IMG/VR virus record: IMGVR_UViG_3300028280_000187
From: a virus
Lineage: Duplodnaviria; Caudoviricetes
Strand: one strand, 5' to 3'
DNA: 64,000 bases
Shown: positions 1-9,472 of the stretch, piece by piece
Layout: the number at the start of each line of letters is the position of its first letter
Numbering within the stretch: the first letter of the stretch is position 1
Notes under the pieces: model-generated
What the model saw: the letters and a program-made list of their open reading frames with translations, nothing else
Databases searched by the model: none
Told to the model about the DNA's origin: nothing
Made by a program: the position numbers and the translations under genes

Positions 1-133
1 GAGAACCATCGCCTCCCAAATCTAAGTTATTACCTAAAACGAGTGTTAATGCATCACGGTCCAGTATTACAGACTGCGTGACGTTACCTACACTCATGAA
101 GTTTTTAACTGTTATATTCTTAATCTTTAGCAA
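1..133 (-). CDS. gp46: Recombination endonuclease ATPase subunit (T4 gp46/SbcC/Rad50-like), 5' part only, runs off the window
   Basis: Manual translation from TTG at 133: (M)LKIKNITVKNFMSVGNVTQSVILDRDALTLVLGNNLDLGGDGS, a typical gp46 N-terminus (KNFMSVGN, LVLGxN before Walker A). AGAGAGG SD upstream; gp47 two genes upstream. Confidence 0.9.
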   Translation of the reverse strand, partial: MLKIKNITVKNFMSVGNVTQSVILDRDALTLVLGNNLDLGGDGS

Positions 134-137
134 ACGT

Positions 138-734
138 TTACCTCTCTCTTGCGTATATTCCTGCTTGTATTGGGTCTACAGAAATTTCGTTAATATTAAC
201 ATAATCTGGTTGATTAATCAACCATAAAATTAAATCGGCTACATACTCTGTATCTAAAAACTTTCTATCAGGGTGTTTTTTCATCACACTTGGTGTAGTC
301 AAACTGCCCGGTGACAAACATGTAGTCTTTATATTAGACCCACCCATTGTCATGTATGTTAGGTCACGATTGTAATCTCTTAATGCTTTCTTTTCAGTTG
401 GGTATCTCCACGTTCTTCCTTTTACACCTGTATCGGCTGTAGAACCCATATGTATCAAATATGCAGAATGCTTTTCTTCAACGCATTTTGCATAAACTTG
501 TTCAGCAATCATAATTTGATGAAACTTCCATATTGCGGAATTGTTAATAAAGATATCAAATTTATTATCTACAAAATAATCTGCTAGTCGTTTTTGTTCT
601 GGACCTACGTCCAAATTCCAACCATTGCTCCGACTGACAGTAGTATAGTTAATATCATCCACAGTATCAAACAGATTGCAAATACTCTTGCAAAGCCCAT
701 AGTCTCTGTTTCCTGTTATTAAAACGTTTTTCAT
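138..734 (-). CDS. Short-chain dehydrogenase/reductase (SDR)
   Basis: VLITGNRDYGL Rossmann motif, DIFINNSA, catalytic YPTEK (YxxxK), C-terminal 'VADLILWLINQPDYVNINEI' typical of YdfG-like SDRs. Confidence 0.85.
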   Translation of the reverse strand: MKNVLITGNRDYGLCKSICNLFDTVDDINYTTVSRSNGWNLDVGPEQKRLADYFVDNKFDIFINNSAIWKFHQIMIAEQVYAKCVEEKHSAYLIHMGSTADTGVKGRTWRYPTEKKALRDYNRDLTYMTMGGSNIKTTCLSPGSLTTPSVMKKHPDRKFLDTEYVADLILWLINQPDYVNINEISVDPIQAGIYARER

Positions 735-736
735 GT

Positions 737-1753
737 CTATAGATTTTGATATAGTTCTACGAGAACTTTTTTATTAAAGCTACCATTATCATCTATTGAG
801 TTTAATTGTGATATCACAATTTCGTCAATAGTTTCAAAATGAATTTCAGCACCAGTGTCATCTTCGTGTTCAGTGTTTTTCATAGGTTGAAGTGTTATGT
901 CTCGTAAGTCATATGCCTCAATGAATGTATCTTTGATGAATGTTGCTTCTTCGTATGATATATCAATATCAAGTGAAATTCTTGCACTTGTTTTAGGTAA
1001 CAAGTACGCAGATGGATTTTCAAGTAAGTTAGATAATGTGATGTTTTTATATTTAGGAGCATCAGGCCATGCAAAGAATTCTGGTTCTTTGTCCCATTCT
1101 AAGAACATCCAACCACGGTCATCGTCTCCTGCGTCAGAGAAGTTATGTGGGAATGCATTACCTGTGTATATCACATTACCTTTTACTTGACGATGATGAA
1201 AATGTCCACTAAAAACAAAGTCTTGGTGTTCAAACATTTCACTTTTCAGACCACCATGGTCTGGCATTTCTACCATTGCGTTTAACTTAAACGTAGGTAG
1301 TTCAAAGTGACCAAACATATACTTTGTTTTAATTTTCGGAATTTTTTTCCATTCATCACCAACTAACCACGGAACAATAGCTACATCATCTTGTACAAAT
1401 TGTTCATTGATTAGTACTATATTAGGTAATTCTTTTGCAAACTCAACTGAGTTAACGTCACGTGTTTCACGATAGAATAAATCATGGTTGCCTAAGATAA
1501 AGTAAACTTTTTCAAAAGCATCGTTGAGTTTTCTTAAGCCTGCAAGACTGTACTTCATAGTTGAAATATTCAGACTGGCTCTGTTATGATGCCAATCTCC
1601 GCCAAATATACAGGTTTCGCACCCTTTTGATTTAGCTTCTCCTATGACCCAATCAATGAATTCGTCACAATCTTGATTGTGTAGGCGTGCATTGTTACGC
1701 ATGCCATAGTGAATATCAGTGAACCAAGCGGCTTTGTTGAAAAGATTAGTCAT
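737..1753 (-). CDS. gp47: Recombination endonuclease nuclease subunit (T4 gp47/SbcD/Mre11-like)
   Basis: Metallophosphoesterase motifs FTDIHYG, GGDWHH, LGNHD, GHFE, SGHFH. Start set at ATG 1753, overlapping the gp55 stop. Confidence 0.92.
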   Translation of the reverse strand: MTNLFNKAAWFTDIHYGMRNNARLHNQDCDEFIDWVIGEAKSKGCETCIFGGDWHHNRASLNISTMKYSLAGLRKLNDAFEKVYFILGNHDLFYRETRDVNSVEFAKELPNIVLINEQFVQDDVAIVPWLVGDEWKKIPKIKTKYMFGHFELPTFKLNAMVEMPDHGGLKSEMFEHQDFVFSGHFHHRQVKGNVIYTGNAFPHNFSDAGDDDRGWMFLEWDKEPEFFAWPDAPKYKNITLSNLLENPSAYLLPKTSARISLDIDISYEEATFIKDTFIEAYDLRDITLQPMKNTEHEDDTGAEIHFETIDEIVISQLNSIDDNGSFNKKVLVELYQNL

Positions 1754-2618
1754 TGTCAGCGTAAATCTCTTTGATAGTTTCTGTTGGGATTTGTTCATCA
1801 GTAATTCTTGTTTTAATTACTTTTTGCCATCTTTCCTGAGACTTCATTTCATGTTCTAATTGTCTAGTCCAACTTGGCATCTGACCTGATTTCTCTAATA
1901 GGTCGTCACGAATGCCTTGATTTTTCTTTTCAGTGTTTAGAACACGTGTAAATGAATTGTTTACAGCCGCTGTATAATATGCGAATGGGTTATCACTCTT
2001 TGCTTCATTGAACTGTAATCCAATCTGTGCAAGTTGTAATAATGCCTGTCCACGCATTTCGTCAATATACGTATAGCCTCTCCAGTTACTTCTTTGAGAA
2101 TAACGCTCGACTAATTTGATATACATGTTGGCTAACGTTGCCGTAATCTTACCGCCACGTAAATCAAACTCTTTGTCTTTGTTATGATGTGAATATGCTA
2201 CTTCTCTTACACCTTTCCCTTCAATTACATAATGCTTGAATGGTGGGAAATGCAATTTCACTTTATGGTCTGCAATAGTCTTTGGGTTTGCTTTACGGCC
2301 AGGTTCATCTGGAATATGGTCGAAAGTCATAACTCTGAAAACCAACGATTCTTTTTCGAAAGATGCTGGATCTACTGCAAAGTCTACTTGTCTTTTCTTT
2401 TTATCTTCATTTAAGTCCCAAGCGGCCTTTTGTAATCTGTTTGCCCGATTGGTTCTTGCTTGTTCTTCTGCTTGATGAATTTCACTTACATCATCTAAGA
2501 TGATATCATGTTGATGATGCAAATCTCTGTTTTCAAACCAACTAAAGTTGGCTTTAGAGATATGAATTTCTTTCAGCATATCTTTGTTGTTTAAATAATT
2601 TTGACCTCTACGTGCCAT
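1746..2618 (-). CDS. gp55: Late transcription sigma factor (T4 gp55-like)
   Basis: NYLNNKDML N-terminus, SNWRGYTYIDEM and FNEAKSDNPFAYYT motifs; AGGAG SD before ATG 2618; adjacent to gp47/gp46 as in T4-like phages. Confidence 0.88.
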   Translation of the reverse strand: MARRGQNYLNNKDMLKEIHISKANFSWFENRDLHHQHDIILDDVSEIHQAEEQARTNRANRLQKAAWDLNEDKKKRQVDFAVDPASFEKESLVFRVMTFDHIPDEPGRKANPKTIADHKVKLHFPPFKHYVIEGKGVREVAYSHHNKDKEFDLRGGKITATLANMYIKLVERYSQRSNWRGYTYIDEMRGQALLQLAQIGLQFNEAKSDNPFAYYTAAVNNSFTRVLNTEKKNQGIRDDLLEKSGQMPSWTRQLEHEMKSQERWQKVIKTRITDEQIPTETIKEIYADND

Positions 2619-2643
2619 GGTTTTGCTCCTATTAATATTATTA

Positions 2644-2672
2644 ATTATAATACATATGAAAACCAATGTCAA
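2644..2672 (-). promoter_or_regulatory. Consensus sigma70 promoter for gp55-gp47-SDR-gp46
   Basis: TTGACA (2672-2667), 17 bp spacer, TATAAT (2649-2644) on the minus strand. Confidence 0.85.
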
Positions 2673-2690
2673 GTGCTAATTGTATATATT

Positions 2691-2710
2691 CTTAAACTTC
2701 GAAGTTTAAG
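2691..2710. repeat. Perfect 20-bp palindrome CTTAAACTTCGAAGTTTAAG between divergent promoters
   Basis: Read directly from the sequence. Confidence 0.9.
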
Positions 2711-2714
2711 TAAC

Positions 2715-2722
2715 GATAAATA
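2715..2722 (+). promoter_or_regulatory. Putative late promoter GATAAATA
   Basis: T4 late-promoter-like (TATAAATA) octamer upstream of the baseplate operon; the same octamer precedes gp25, the 27171 gene and the 53500 gene. Confidence 0.75.
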
Positions 2723-2742
2723 CAAGAAACAAGGAGTATAAC

Positions 2743-3312
2743 ATGGATAATATCTACAAAGAACAACAGCCCGTAACTATACGTGACCCTAGTGGTCGTT
2801 TAGGTGCGTCTGGGCTTGGTGCAATGCAATTTCCGTATACACCAACGATAACAGTGTTGACAAGTACTGGGTATAGTTCATATGACCTATCGCATACAAA
2901 CTTTCAACAAAGAGCGTTTGATATGTCTTCAAATACAGAATTTAACATGACAGCTCCTATTATTGTTCGCAGTGAACAAGAAGCAGACACAGTATTACAG
3001 ATGGCCAACTTTATGAGGGGTGCATTAAAGATGGATTTCGGTATGCAGTCAGCAAATGCTGGATTACCCCCACCGATATTAAGGTTAGATGCACATGGTA
3101 TTTACACAAATGTTCCCGTGCTAATAAGAGACTTTACGTGGAACTTAGACTCTGATATTGACTATATTAATACAAGAAGCGGCGCAAGAGTTCCAGTACA
3201 AAATATGTTTGTTATGTCATTGACTACAACATATTCTCCAAAGAACGTTAGAGAAAACTTTACTATGAATGATTATTTGAATGGGCGTTTAGCTAGTAAG
3301 GGGTATGTATAA
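2743..3312 (+). CDS. Baseplate/tail-tube initiator protein (gp48/gp54-like)
   Basis: FPYTP and PPPILRLDAHG..NVPVLI motifs of myovirus tail-tube-initiator family; position before gp53. Confidence 0.65.
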   Translation: MDNIYKEQQPVTIRDPSGRLGASGLGAMQFPYTPTITVLTSTGYSSYDLSHTNFQQRAFDMSSNTEFNMTAPIIVRSEQEADTVLQMANFMRGALKMDFGMQSANAGLPPPILRLDAHGIYTNVPVLIRDFTWNLDSDIDYINTRSGARVPVQNMFVMSLTTTYSPKNVRENFTMNDYLNGRLASKGYV

Positions 3313-3605
3313 TGGCATATGATCCAACTTCACCGTGGAAGAAAACTGCGGTAATAAAAAATAAAGTACTAGACATACAAAATCCTGTCTACTTACAAAA
3401 AAGTGCGTTAGACGAAACGTATACTATACCACAGAACTACAATCTTAGACCTGATTTGTGTAGTTATGACCTATATGGTACTTCCAAATACTGGTGGGTT
3501 TTTGCTAAAAGAAATCCTGATACTATTCAGGACCCGATAAACGATTTCACAGCGGGTACTAAAATTAAAATACCTAGCAAAAATCAATTAGACGAAATGA
3601 AGTAG
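3312..3605 (+). CDS. gp53: Baseplate wedge subunit gp53 (LysM-like)
   Basis: RPDLCSYDLYG..YWWVFA.RN...DPINDF..G..I.IP signature. Confidence 0.85.
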   Translation: MAYDPTSPWKKTAVIKNKVLDIQNPVYLQKSALDETYTIPQNYNLRPDLCSYDLYGTSKYWWVFAKRNPDTIQDPINDFTAGTKIKIPSKNQLDEMK

Positions 3606-3611
3606 TGTACA

Positions 3612-6600
3612 ATGGCAGTCAGAAGCGTAAGAAATAATAACCCAGGTAACATCAGAAGCAATGCAACAGCATGGCAAGGTGCAACAGGTGGCGATGGTTC
3701 ATTTGTTTCATTTGCTACGCCTGAGCATGGAGTAAGGGCTTTAGGCAAAACGCTAGAAACTTACCAAGATAGGCACGGACTAACTGATGTAGAGGGAATG
3801 ATTCAACGTTGGGCTCCTCCTAATGAAAATGATACATCTGGATATGTAGATTTTGTAGCAAATAAAATGGGAATAGATAAAAATACTCCTATTGATTTAT
3901 CTGCTAATCCAGAACTAGCAGAAAAAATGGTAAGTGCAATGATTCAAAAAGAAGGCGGAAATGAAGCATCTGCCTATTTCGCAGACAGTATCGGTACTGG
4001 GTTGGACATGGCATATGGTAATATACCTGATAGTTCTCCTGTTATTGATGATGATACTCAGCGTGATTTATTTTCAAATGGCGAACAGCTTAGTGAACCC
4101 CCAACTCAAGGAATTGACGATACGAGAAGCCTAAAAAGTAATGCGATATCTGGTTCAGGAAGTTTGTCCAGTTTATTAAAAAATATGGAATCGAATAATT
4201 TATTTTGGGAAAATGAATTAGATGCGTTTGAACATTATACTTACAATTTAGATTTGTTTGTTGTTAACCAACAAGAAGCAAATAAGTTTCTTGCCTATGA
4301 ACAGACTCCACAACTTATAGACGATGTGGTAAACGATGCTTGGCCTACTAACAACATGAATGTGATTACGATAGCAAGAACGGGCGTCACCACAGAATTA
4401 AACATTACAGATTTAACTATCACTAGTGTCGGTAACGGAACTGGTTCAGCATCAAAAATGGCAGGTACTGCCACTAATTTACAATTTACTATCAGCCAAG
4501 TTGGCGGAACTTCTTTGCCTGATATGTTACAAAACAGTATTTTATTGTGCGGATATCCTGACTTACAGAATGCAATATTCTTTATGAAAGTACGCTTTAA
4601 GGGTTATGATGAAAGTGGCAACCAAGTTAGAAACTTACCCGCTACAAAAATATTCCCATTTGTTATTACAAAATATAATGAACTACAATCTCAAACAGAA
4701 AGTAAAGGTACAAACTTAATATTAGATGGTACAATCGTAAATGATAAAGTAGTAGCTGATACTGAACTGTCTCAAATGGATTATAACTTTGAATTTGATG
4801 TTGCGGCTACCTTAGAAGAAACACTAGACAACTTCTTTAAAAAACTAAACGCAAAGATAGAAGAAAAAGCAGTAACGTCAAACTCAGATTTTATTAATGA
4901 ATATAATTTCGAAATGTCTGACGATTTTAAACAAATGTTTGGTCAAGGCCAAATGACTTCTCCGGATGTTCCCAATACTTCATCTGGAAATAATGAAACA
5001 TCTGAAACAGCTAGTGTTAAAATAGGACAGCAAACTGGTGTTATAACGCCTGGTTCATCTATATATAATGCAATAGAAAGTATTTGTTTAAACTCAAGTT
5101 TAATTAGAGAAGCACTAACTGATGATTCTCCTCAACTATCAAACTTGTTTAGAGTTCTACCACATGCAACACCTAAGTTAGGTGGCTATAATGTATTGAC
5201 AAGTAAACAAACTTATGAAGTAAATTATTTTTTAACTGTGCAAAAAAGTTTAATAGTACAAAATCAATCACACAACGCAAAGCTAACAGAAGATACTGCA
5301 AAAGTTTTAAGAAGTATATTCTTAGAAGGTCATTGTAATAAAAGATATTACTATCAATATACTGGTAGGAATGAACACATATTAGATTTAACTATATCAC
5401 TGGATAATCAACTTCAAAAAGCATACGTAAAACCTAGCGATACCTACATGGCAAATGGTTTCTTAGAAGCAGTTGGAGATTGGCGTACACAAATCGATGA
5501 AAGAGCCCAACAGAAGCTAACAGAACTGGAAGAAGAGTCTGGAACATTGGGTGAAACACTTAGAATGCATAGAGCAAACGCTCGAACACTTGAAGGACAA
5601 TTTGCAGACCTTAGTGCAGAAGTACGAAACGAATTCAGAGACAGACTTATGAGTCGTGTTGGTGGACCAGGAGAGGCCGCCGAAGCACAAAAAATATATG
5701 AACAAATTCAAAATGCTGATGCAAATCAAATGATGAGTATGTTTGATGAAGATTCACAAGAGTATGAAATTCTTCAAGATATTATGAAGGGAGAAGTTCG
5801 TGAAAATCGTAACAAGCTATTTAATCAAATACAAGATTCAAACCAAAGTCAAAATGATTTACTAAGAGAAGAAAAAGAAAATGAAATTGCACAAAATGAC
5901 TTAATGCGTGAGGCATTGGGACAACTATACTCAACTAAAATTATTGAAAGCACTTCAACCATCGGAGACAATTGGAATGACTTGGGATTATTCCCTGGCA
6001 GTGAAGGACAGGAACTTATACTTACTGAAAATTTAGATAAAGAAATGATTAGTAAATTAAGTCTTGACCAATTTGATAGTTTATTAAAAGCACTTGTAGA
6101 AAACCCAGTTAACTTTTCACGTATTACTAAATCATTATTAGAAAATCCTACTAACTTGAATGTTATTAAATCGGCTGACCAAGAAGATATTGAACTTGCA
6201 CAAGCAAAATATTATGAAGGAAGAAATAATAATTTAAGTATGATGAATGCACAAATGACTATCAAAGGAGACCCATATTGGGTAGATAGCGTGTATTCTC
6301 CTTCTATGATAAAAGCAAAATACGGCAATGCAAATGCACTTGATGAATATAAAATGCATTCTACGAATATTAATGGAGTAAATTATCTTATCTTAGTTAC
6401 AGATAAAGCAGAAGGCGTTTATTTAAATAACCCAGAGAGAGTAGGACTAGATGCAGAAAATTATGATGGAATAAAAAAGACACGACTAATGACTAGTGTA
6501 TATTCTGTTAACTCAGTTATTAGTTCATTCAGTGGTGGATTATTTACACAAACATTACAAATGGTAAAGATACCAGCGGCGGAAGAATTTCAAACAGTAG

Positions 6601-8477
6601 ATGCAGTACTAGGAGCTCCTAATCCAGAATTAATGTCAGACGGTTATTTTCAATTACCAGTACAAGATAGATTAGGACTCAATGATGGAGGCGATGCTGT
6701 TGTGAATCCAAATGCAAAAGAAGACGCGGAAGCAAAAGAATTTGCAGATGATATAGTTGCACCACAGGGCGCAGGTACTGGAATAACACCAGAGGGCGAT
6801 GTGTATGTAGTTGATATAGATGGTGCGGGACCGCATGCGGTCATGGCATTACAAACTGCAACAAATAACTTTCTTGAACCTTCAAACCAAAACGATTACG
6901 CAGTTCCAAATGAATCAGTTGCAAAACAATTAGCACTTGCTAGACAACAGGCCGAGGGACTATGTGCATTAGGTCATGAACAATCTTGTATTGCGGTACA
7001 ACAATCTGCACAAAAGATTGCAAAAAGATTAGCAGACGATTATCAAACAGGAAATGAGTCAGTATCGGATGCAACTCGAAATGCTTACAATGAAGCCATA
7101 GACGAAGGTTATACTGTAACAGCACAAACTATGGCAGAGATAGACCACGCACTTGAGGCAACTGAAAATGCAACCGTGGGAACAACTGTAACAGGATTAG
7201 ACCAAGAAGCACTAACTAAGGTAAACGAAGCAAATCGAATAGAATCAGAACGATACCTTAAAGGCGAGGATGATATTATAAAAGATCCACAATCAATAAT
7301 GTCTGATTTAGAAACGATAGATGTGAACGACCCTAACACAACCAATGCAGAAAAGGCGGCAAGTATCAATGGTGCCGCGTCAATTCTTGACGGTACTGTT
7401 CCAATAGAAAATCACGGACATCAGGTAAACGTAGAAAGTTACCGAACAGGACTTGGCACAAGAAATTATTCAGTTGATGTTGGGCTTAATACTCTTACAG
7501 TAAACGAAGCAGACAAAGTTTCAGCATTGAACCAAAAAGCCATTAATATTATCGATGGCAGAAGTTTACATGATTTAACAGACCAAGAATATTCGGAAGT
7601 CAAAGCAATAGAAAGCACTATTGATACAATTACAACAAACGCAACCTCAGGAACTAGAGGAGAGGCAATAGATGCATTGAAGAAACAAAAGAAATTAGAG
7701 TTGCTAAATGAAAAAGAAGCAGAACTAAAAGACACAGAAGAAAGATTAGAGAGTTGGTATTGGACAGAAGCAGGAAGAGAAAGTGACGAAGAACTTGCAT
7801 CTAAATTACAAACCGAAGTAAATGATATAAGAAGTGATTTAAGTTCAACCGATGGTGTAACTACTGGTATAATACCAGTTGAAGAAAATGGCGAAATTAA
7901 ATATGAAAATGTTGCAGTACCAATCAAAGAACCAAATGCTACTGCACCTATAATAGTAGTTGAAACACTTGGTGATAGGACTGGCACATCAATTTCTAAC
8001 AGTAATATAGTTGATGCAATATCAGACGGAGAAGTGTCTGCTTCACAAGTTGCACAATATACTAATGCAAAAGATGTGTACAATGATATATTAACCAAAG
8101 TTGAAGCGGCACCAAGAACAACATTAACAGAAACTTTTGATGGAGAAACTTACACCTCGCAAGTATTAGATTACAGTGCAATTGGTCCTATAACATATAG
8201 AGACTCTTCAGGAACAATACAAACGATAACAGACCCAGTAACACATTTTGGATTAGTCGATTCAACTGCGCCTGTTGGATCATTTGAATATTATAAACCT
8301 GGACTAAACCCAATGAATTTAAAAAATACAATAGCCAATGAGTACCCAGATATTGCGGTAACAACTGCATCGGGAGTTGCAAATGAAGATAGTAGAAACC
8401 CAGAAACTGGTGCATTGCAAATAGGCGTTCGATTTAATGCCGCTGATTTTGTGATAGTTAACCCACCAACGCCGTAG
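3612..8477 (+). CDS. Large baseplate hub protein with N-terminal lysozyme-fold muralytic domain
   Basis: N-terminal RNNNPGNIR...F.TPEHG.RA...RWAPPNENDT..Y motif; internal MTIKGDPYW and Y.V.SV.S.FSGG.FTQTL hub (gp27/Mu gp44-like) motifs; lies between gp53 and gp5. Confidence 0.7.
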   Translation: MAVRSVRNNNPGNIRSNATAWQGATGGDGSFVSFATPEHGVRALGKTLETYQDRHGLTDVEGMIQRWAPPNENDTSGYVDFVANKMGIDKNTPIDLSANPELAEKMVSAMIQKEGGNEASAYFADSIGTGLDMAYGNIPDSSPVIDDDTQRDLFSNGEQLSEPPTQGIDDTRSLKSNAISGSGSLSSLLKNMESNNLFWENELDAFEHYTYNLDLFVVNQQEANKFLAYEQTPQLIDDVVNDAWPTNNMNVITIARTGVTTELNITDLTITSVGNGTGSASKMAGTATNLQFTISQVGGTSLPDMLQNSILLCGYPDLQNAIFFMKVRFKGYDESGNQVRNLPATKIFPFVITKYNELQSQTESKGTNLILDGTIVNDKVVADTELSQMDYNFEFDVAATLEETLDNFFKKLNAKIEEKAVTSNSDFINEYNFEMSDDFKQMFGQGQMTSPDVPNTSSGNNETSETASVKIGQQTGVITPGSSIYNAIESICLNSSLIREALTDDSPQLSNLFRVLPHATPKLGGYNVLTSKQTYEVNYFLTVQKSLIVQNQSHNAKLTEDTAKVLRSIFLEGHCNKRYYYQYTGRNEHILDLTISLDNQLQKAYVKPSDTYMANGFLEAVGDWRTQIDERAQQKLTELEEESGTLGETLRMHRANARTLEGQFADLSAEVRNEFRDRLMSRVGGPGEAAEAQKIYEQIQNADANQMMSMFDEDSQEYEILQDIMKGEVRENRNKLFNQIQDSNQSQNDLLREEKENEIAQNDLMREALGQLYSTKIIESTSTIGDNWNDLGLFPGSEGQELILTENLDKEMISKLSLDQFDSLLKALVENPVNFSRITKSLLENPTNLNVIKSADQEDIELAQAKYYEGRNNNLSMMNAQMTIKGDPYWVDSVYSPSMIKAKYGNANALDEYKMHSTNINGVNYLILVTDKAEGVYLNNPERVGLDAENYDGIKKTRLMTSVYSVNSVISSFSGGLFTQTLQMVKIPAAEEFQTVDAVLGAPNPELMSDGYFQLPVQDRLGLNDGGDAVVNPNAKEDAEAKEFADDIVAPQGAGTGITPEGDVYVVDIDGAGPHAVMALQTATNNFLEPSNQNDYAVPNESVAKQLALARQQAEGLCALGHEQSCIAVQQSAQKIAKRLADDYQTGNESVSDATRNAYNEAIDEGYTVTAQTMAEIDHALEATENATVGTTVTGLDQEALTKVNEANRIESERYLKGEDDIIKDPQSIMSDLETIDVNDPNTTNAEKAASINGAASILDGTVPIENHGHQVNVESYRTGLGTRNYSVDVGLNTLTVNEADKVSALNQKAINIIDGRSLHDLTDQEYSEVKAIESTIDTITTNATSGTRGEAIDALKKQKKLELLNEKEAELKDTEERLESWYWTEAGRESDEELASKLQTEVNDIRSDLSSTDGVTTGIIPVEENGEIKYENVAVPIKEPNATAPIIVVETLGDRTGTSISNSNIVDAISDGEVSASQVAQYTNAKDVYNDILTKVEAAPRTTLTETFDGETYTSQVLDYSAIGPITYRDSSGTIQTITDPVTHFGLVDSTAPVGSFEYYKPGLNPMNLKNTIANEYPDIAVTTASGVANEDSRNPETGALQIGVRFNAADFVIVNPPTP

Positions 8478-8485
8478 GAAATAGA

Positions 8486-9472
8486 ATGAAGACTAACGAA
8501 TTTAATAATGAGTATTCAACTTTCAGTAAGTTGTTTGATGATGGAAGACATGATATGGATAAAACATATTATACTCCGTATACCATTGACCCTAAATTTG
8601 GTGAACAAAAAGAAGTATGGCCTAATGCTTGGCCTACAAGAACAGACTTAACAAATTTTGAAGATTTCGAAGAAGAAATAATTCCTATATTCGGTGATAG
8701 TTTTATGTTTGGCGATGGGTTACCAGAGAAATGGTGCTTGAGTGCGTTATTGAATAAAAAAGATAAAAATAAGTTTTGGATAAATTTAGCAAAACCTGGT
8801 TCTGGAAACGAAACAATAATGCGAAGATTAGAACAATGGACAAATGAACCAAAGTCTAAACAGACAAAAACTATTGTGTATAGTATGTCCTCGATGATGA
8901 GACATGCATGGTATATGAACATTTTGTCACCTGGTATAGACAAACCAACTAAGCCAATATACAATGAGCTACTAAGAGCTTGGGATACAAATGCAAATAT
9001 TAATCCAAATTTAGGAATAAGAAAAATGCCGATAGTTGATCCAGAAATTCTATGGGAACTACCAGAAGCATCGCAAGAGTTTCATACAAATTTTAACAAA
9101 CGTAGTGCAAAAGCCCAAAAAGCATTAGACGAATCTTGGGCGGCGCATATGCTACATATTAATACTAATGCAAATTCTTTTATTAAAAATGTTGAGATAA
9201 TATTAAGACGATTGCATTGGTTAACTCTTGCAAACAAATGGAATATTATATTTGTTAATATAGGATTTTGGGAACAGTATAATATTTTACCAGATGCAAT
9301 GGAATTGGCAAATAAATACATAAATGATATGAATACTTTAGACAGAAAAGTAGAAATTATCAATACACCACTTGATTATAGTAGGCTAAGTTGTGGGCAT
9401 TTTGATGAAATTGCGAATAAAGATTTAGCTAAAAACATACATCAAGCGTATAGGAAAATAAACAATGGCTAA
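8486..9472 (+). CDS. SGNH/GDSL-like hydrolase or acyltransferase
   Basis: FGDSFMFG block I, NLAKPGSGN block II, C-terminal CGHF. Confidence 0.6.
   Translation: MKTNEFNNEYSTFSKLFDDGRHDMDKTYYTPYTIDPKFGEQKEVWPNAWPTRTDLTNFEDFEEEIIPIFGDSFMFGDGLPEKWCLSALLNKKDKNKFWINLAKPGSGNETIMRRLEQWTNEPKSKQTKTIVYSMSSMMRHAWYMNILSPGIDKPTKPIYNELLRAWDTNANINPNLGIRKMPIVDPEILWELPEASQEFHTNFNKRSAKAQKALDESWAAHMLHINTNANSFIKNVEIILRRLHWLTLANKWNIIFVNIGFWEQYNILPDAMELANKYINDMNTLDRKVEIINTPLDYSRLSCGHFDEIANKDLAKNIHQAYRKINNG

Noticed and set aside
7466-8098. Long antisense ORFs (also 16451-16981, 23613-23972, 49804-50295 and others)
   Set aside because: Shadow frames of real genes caused by codon bias; no SD or protein motifs
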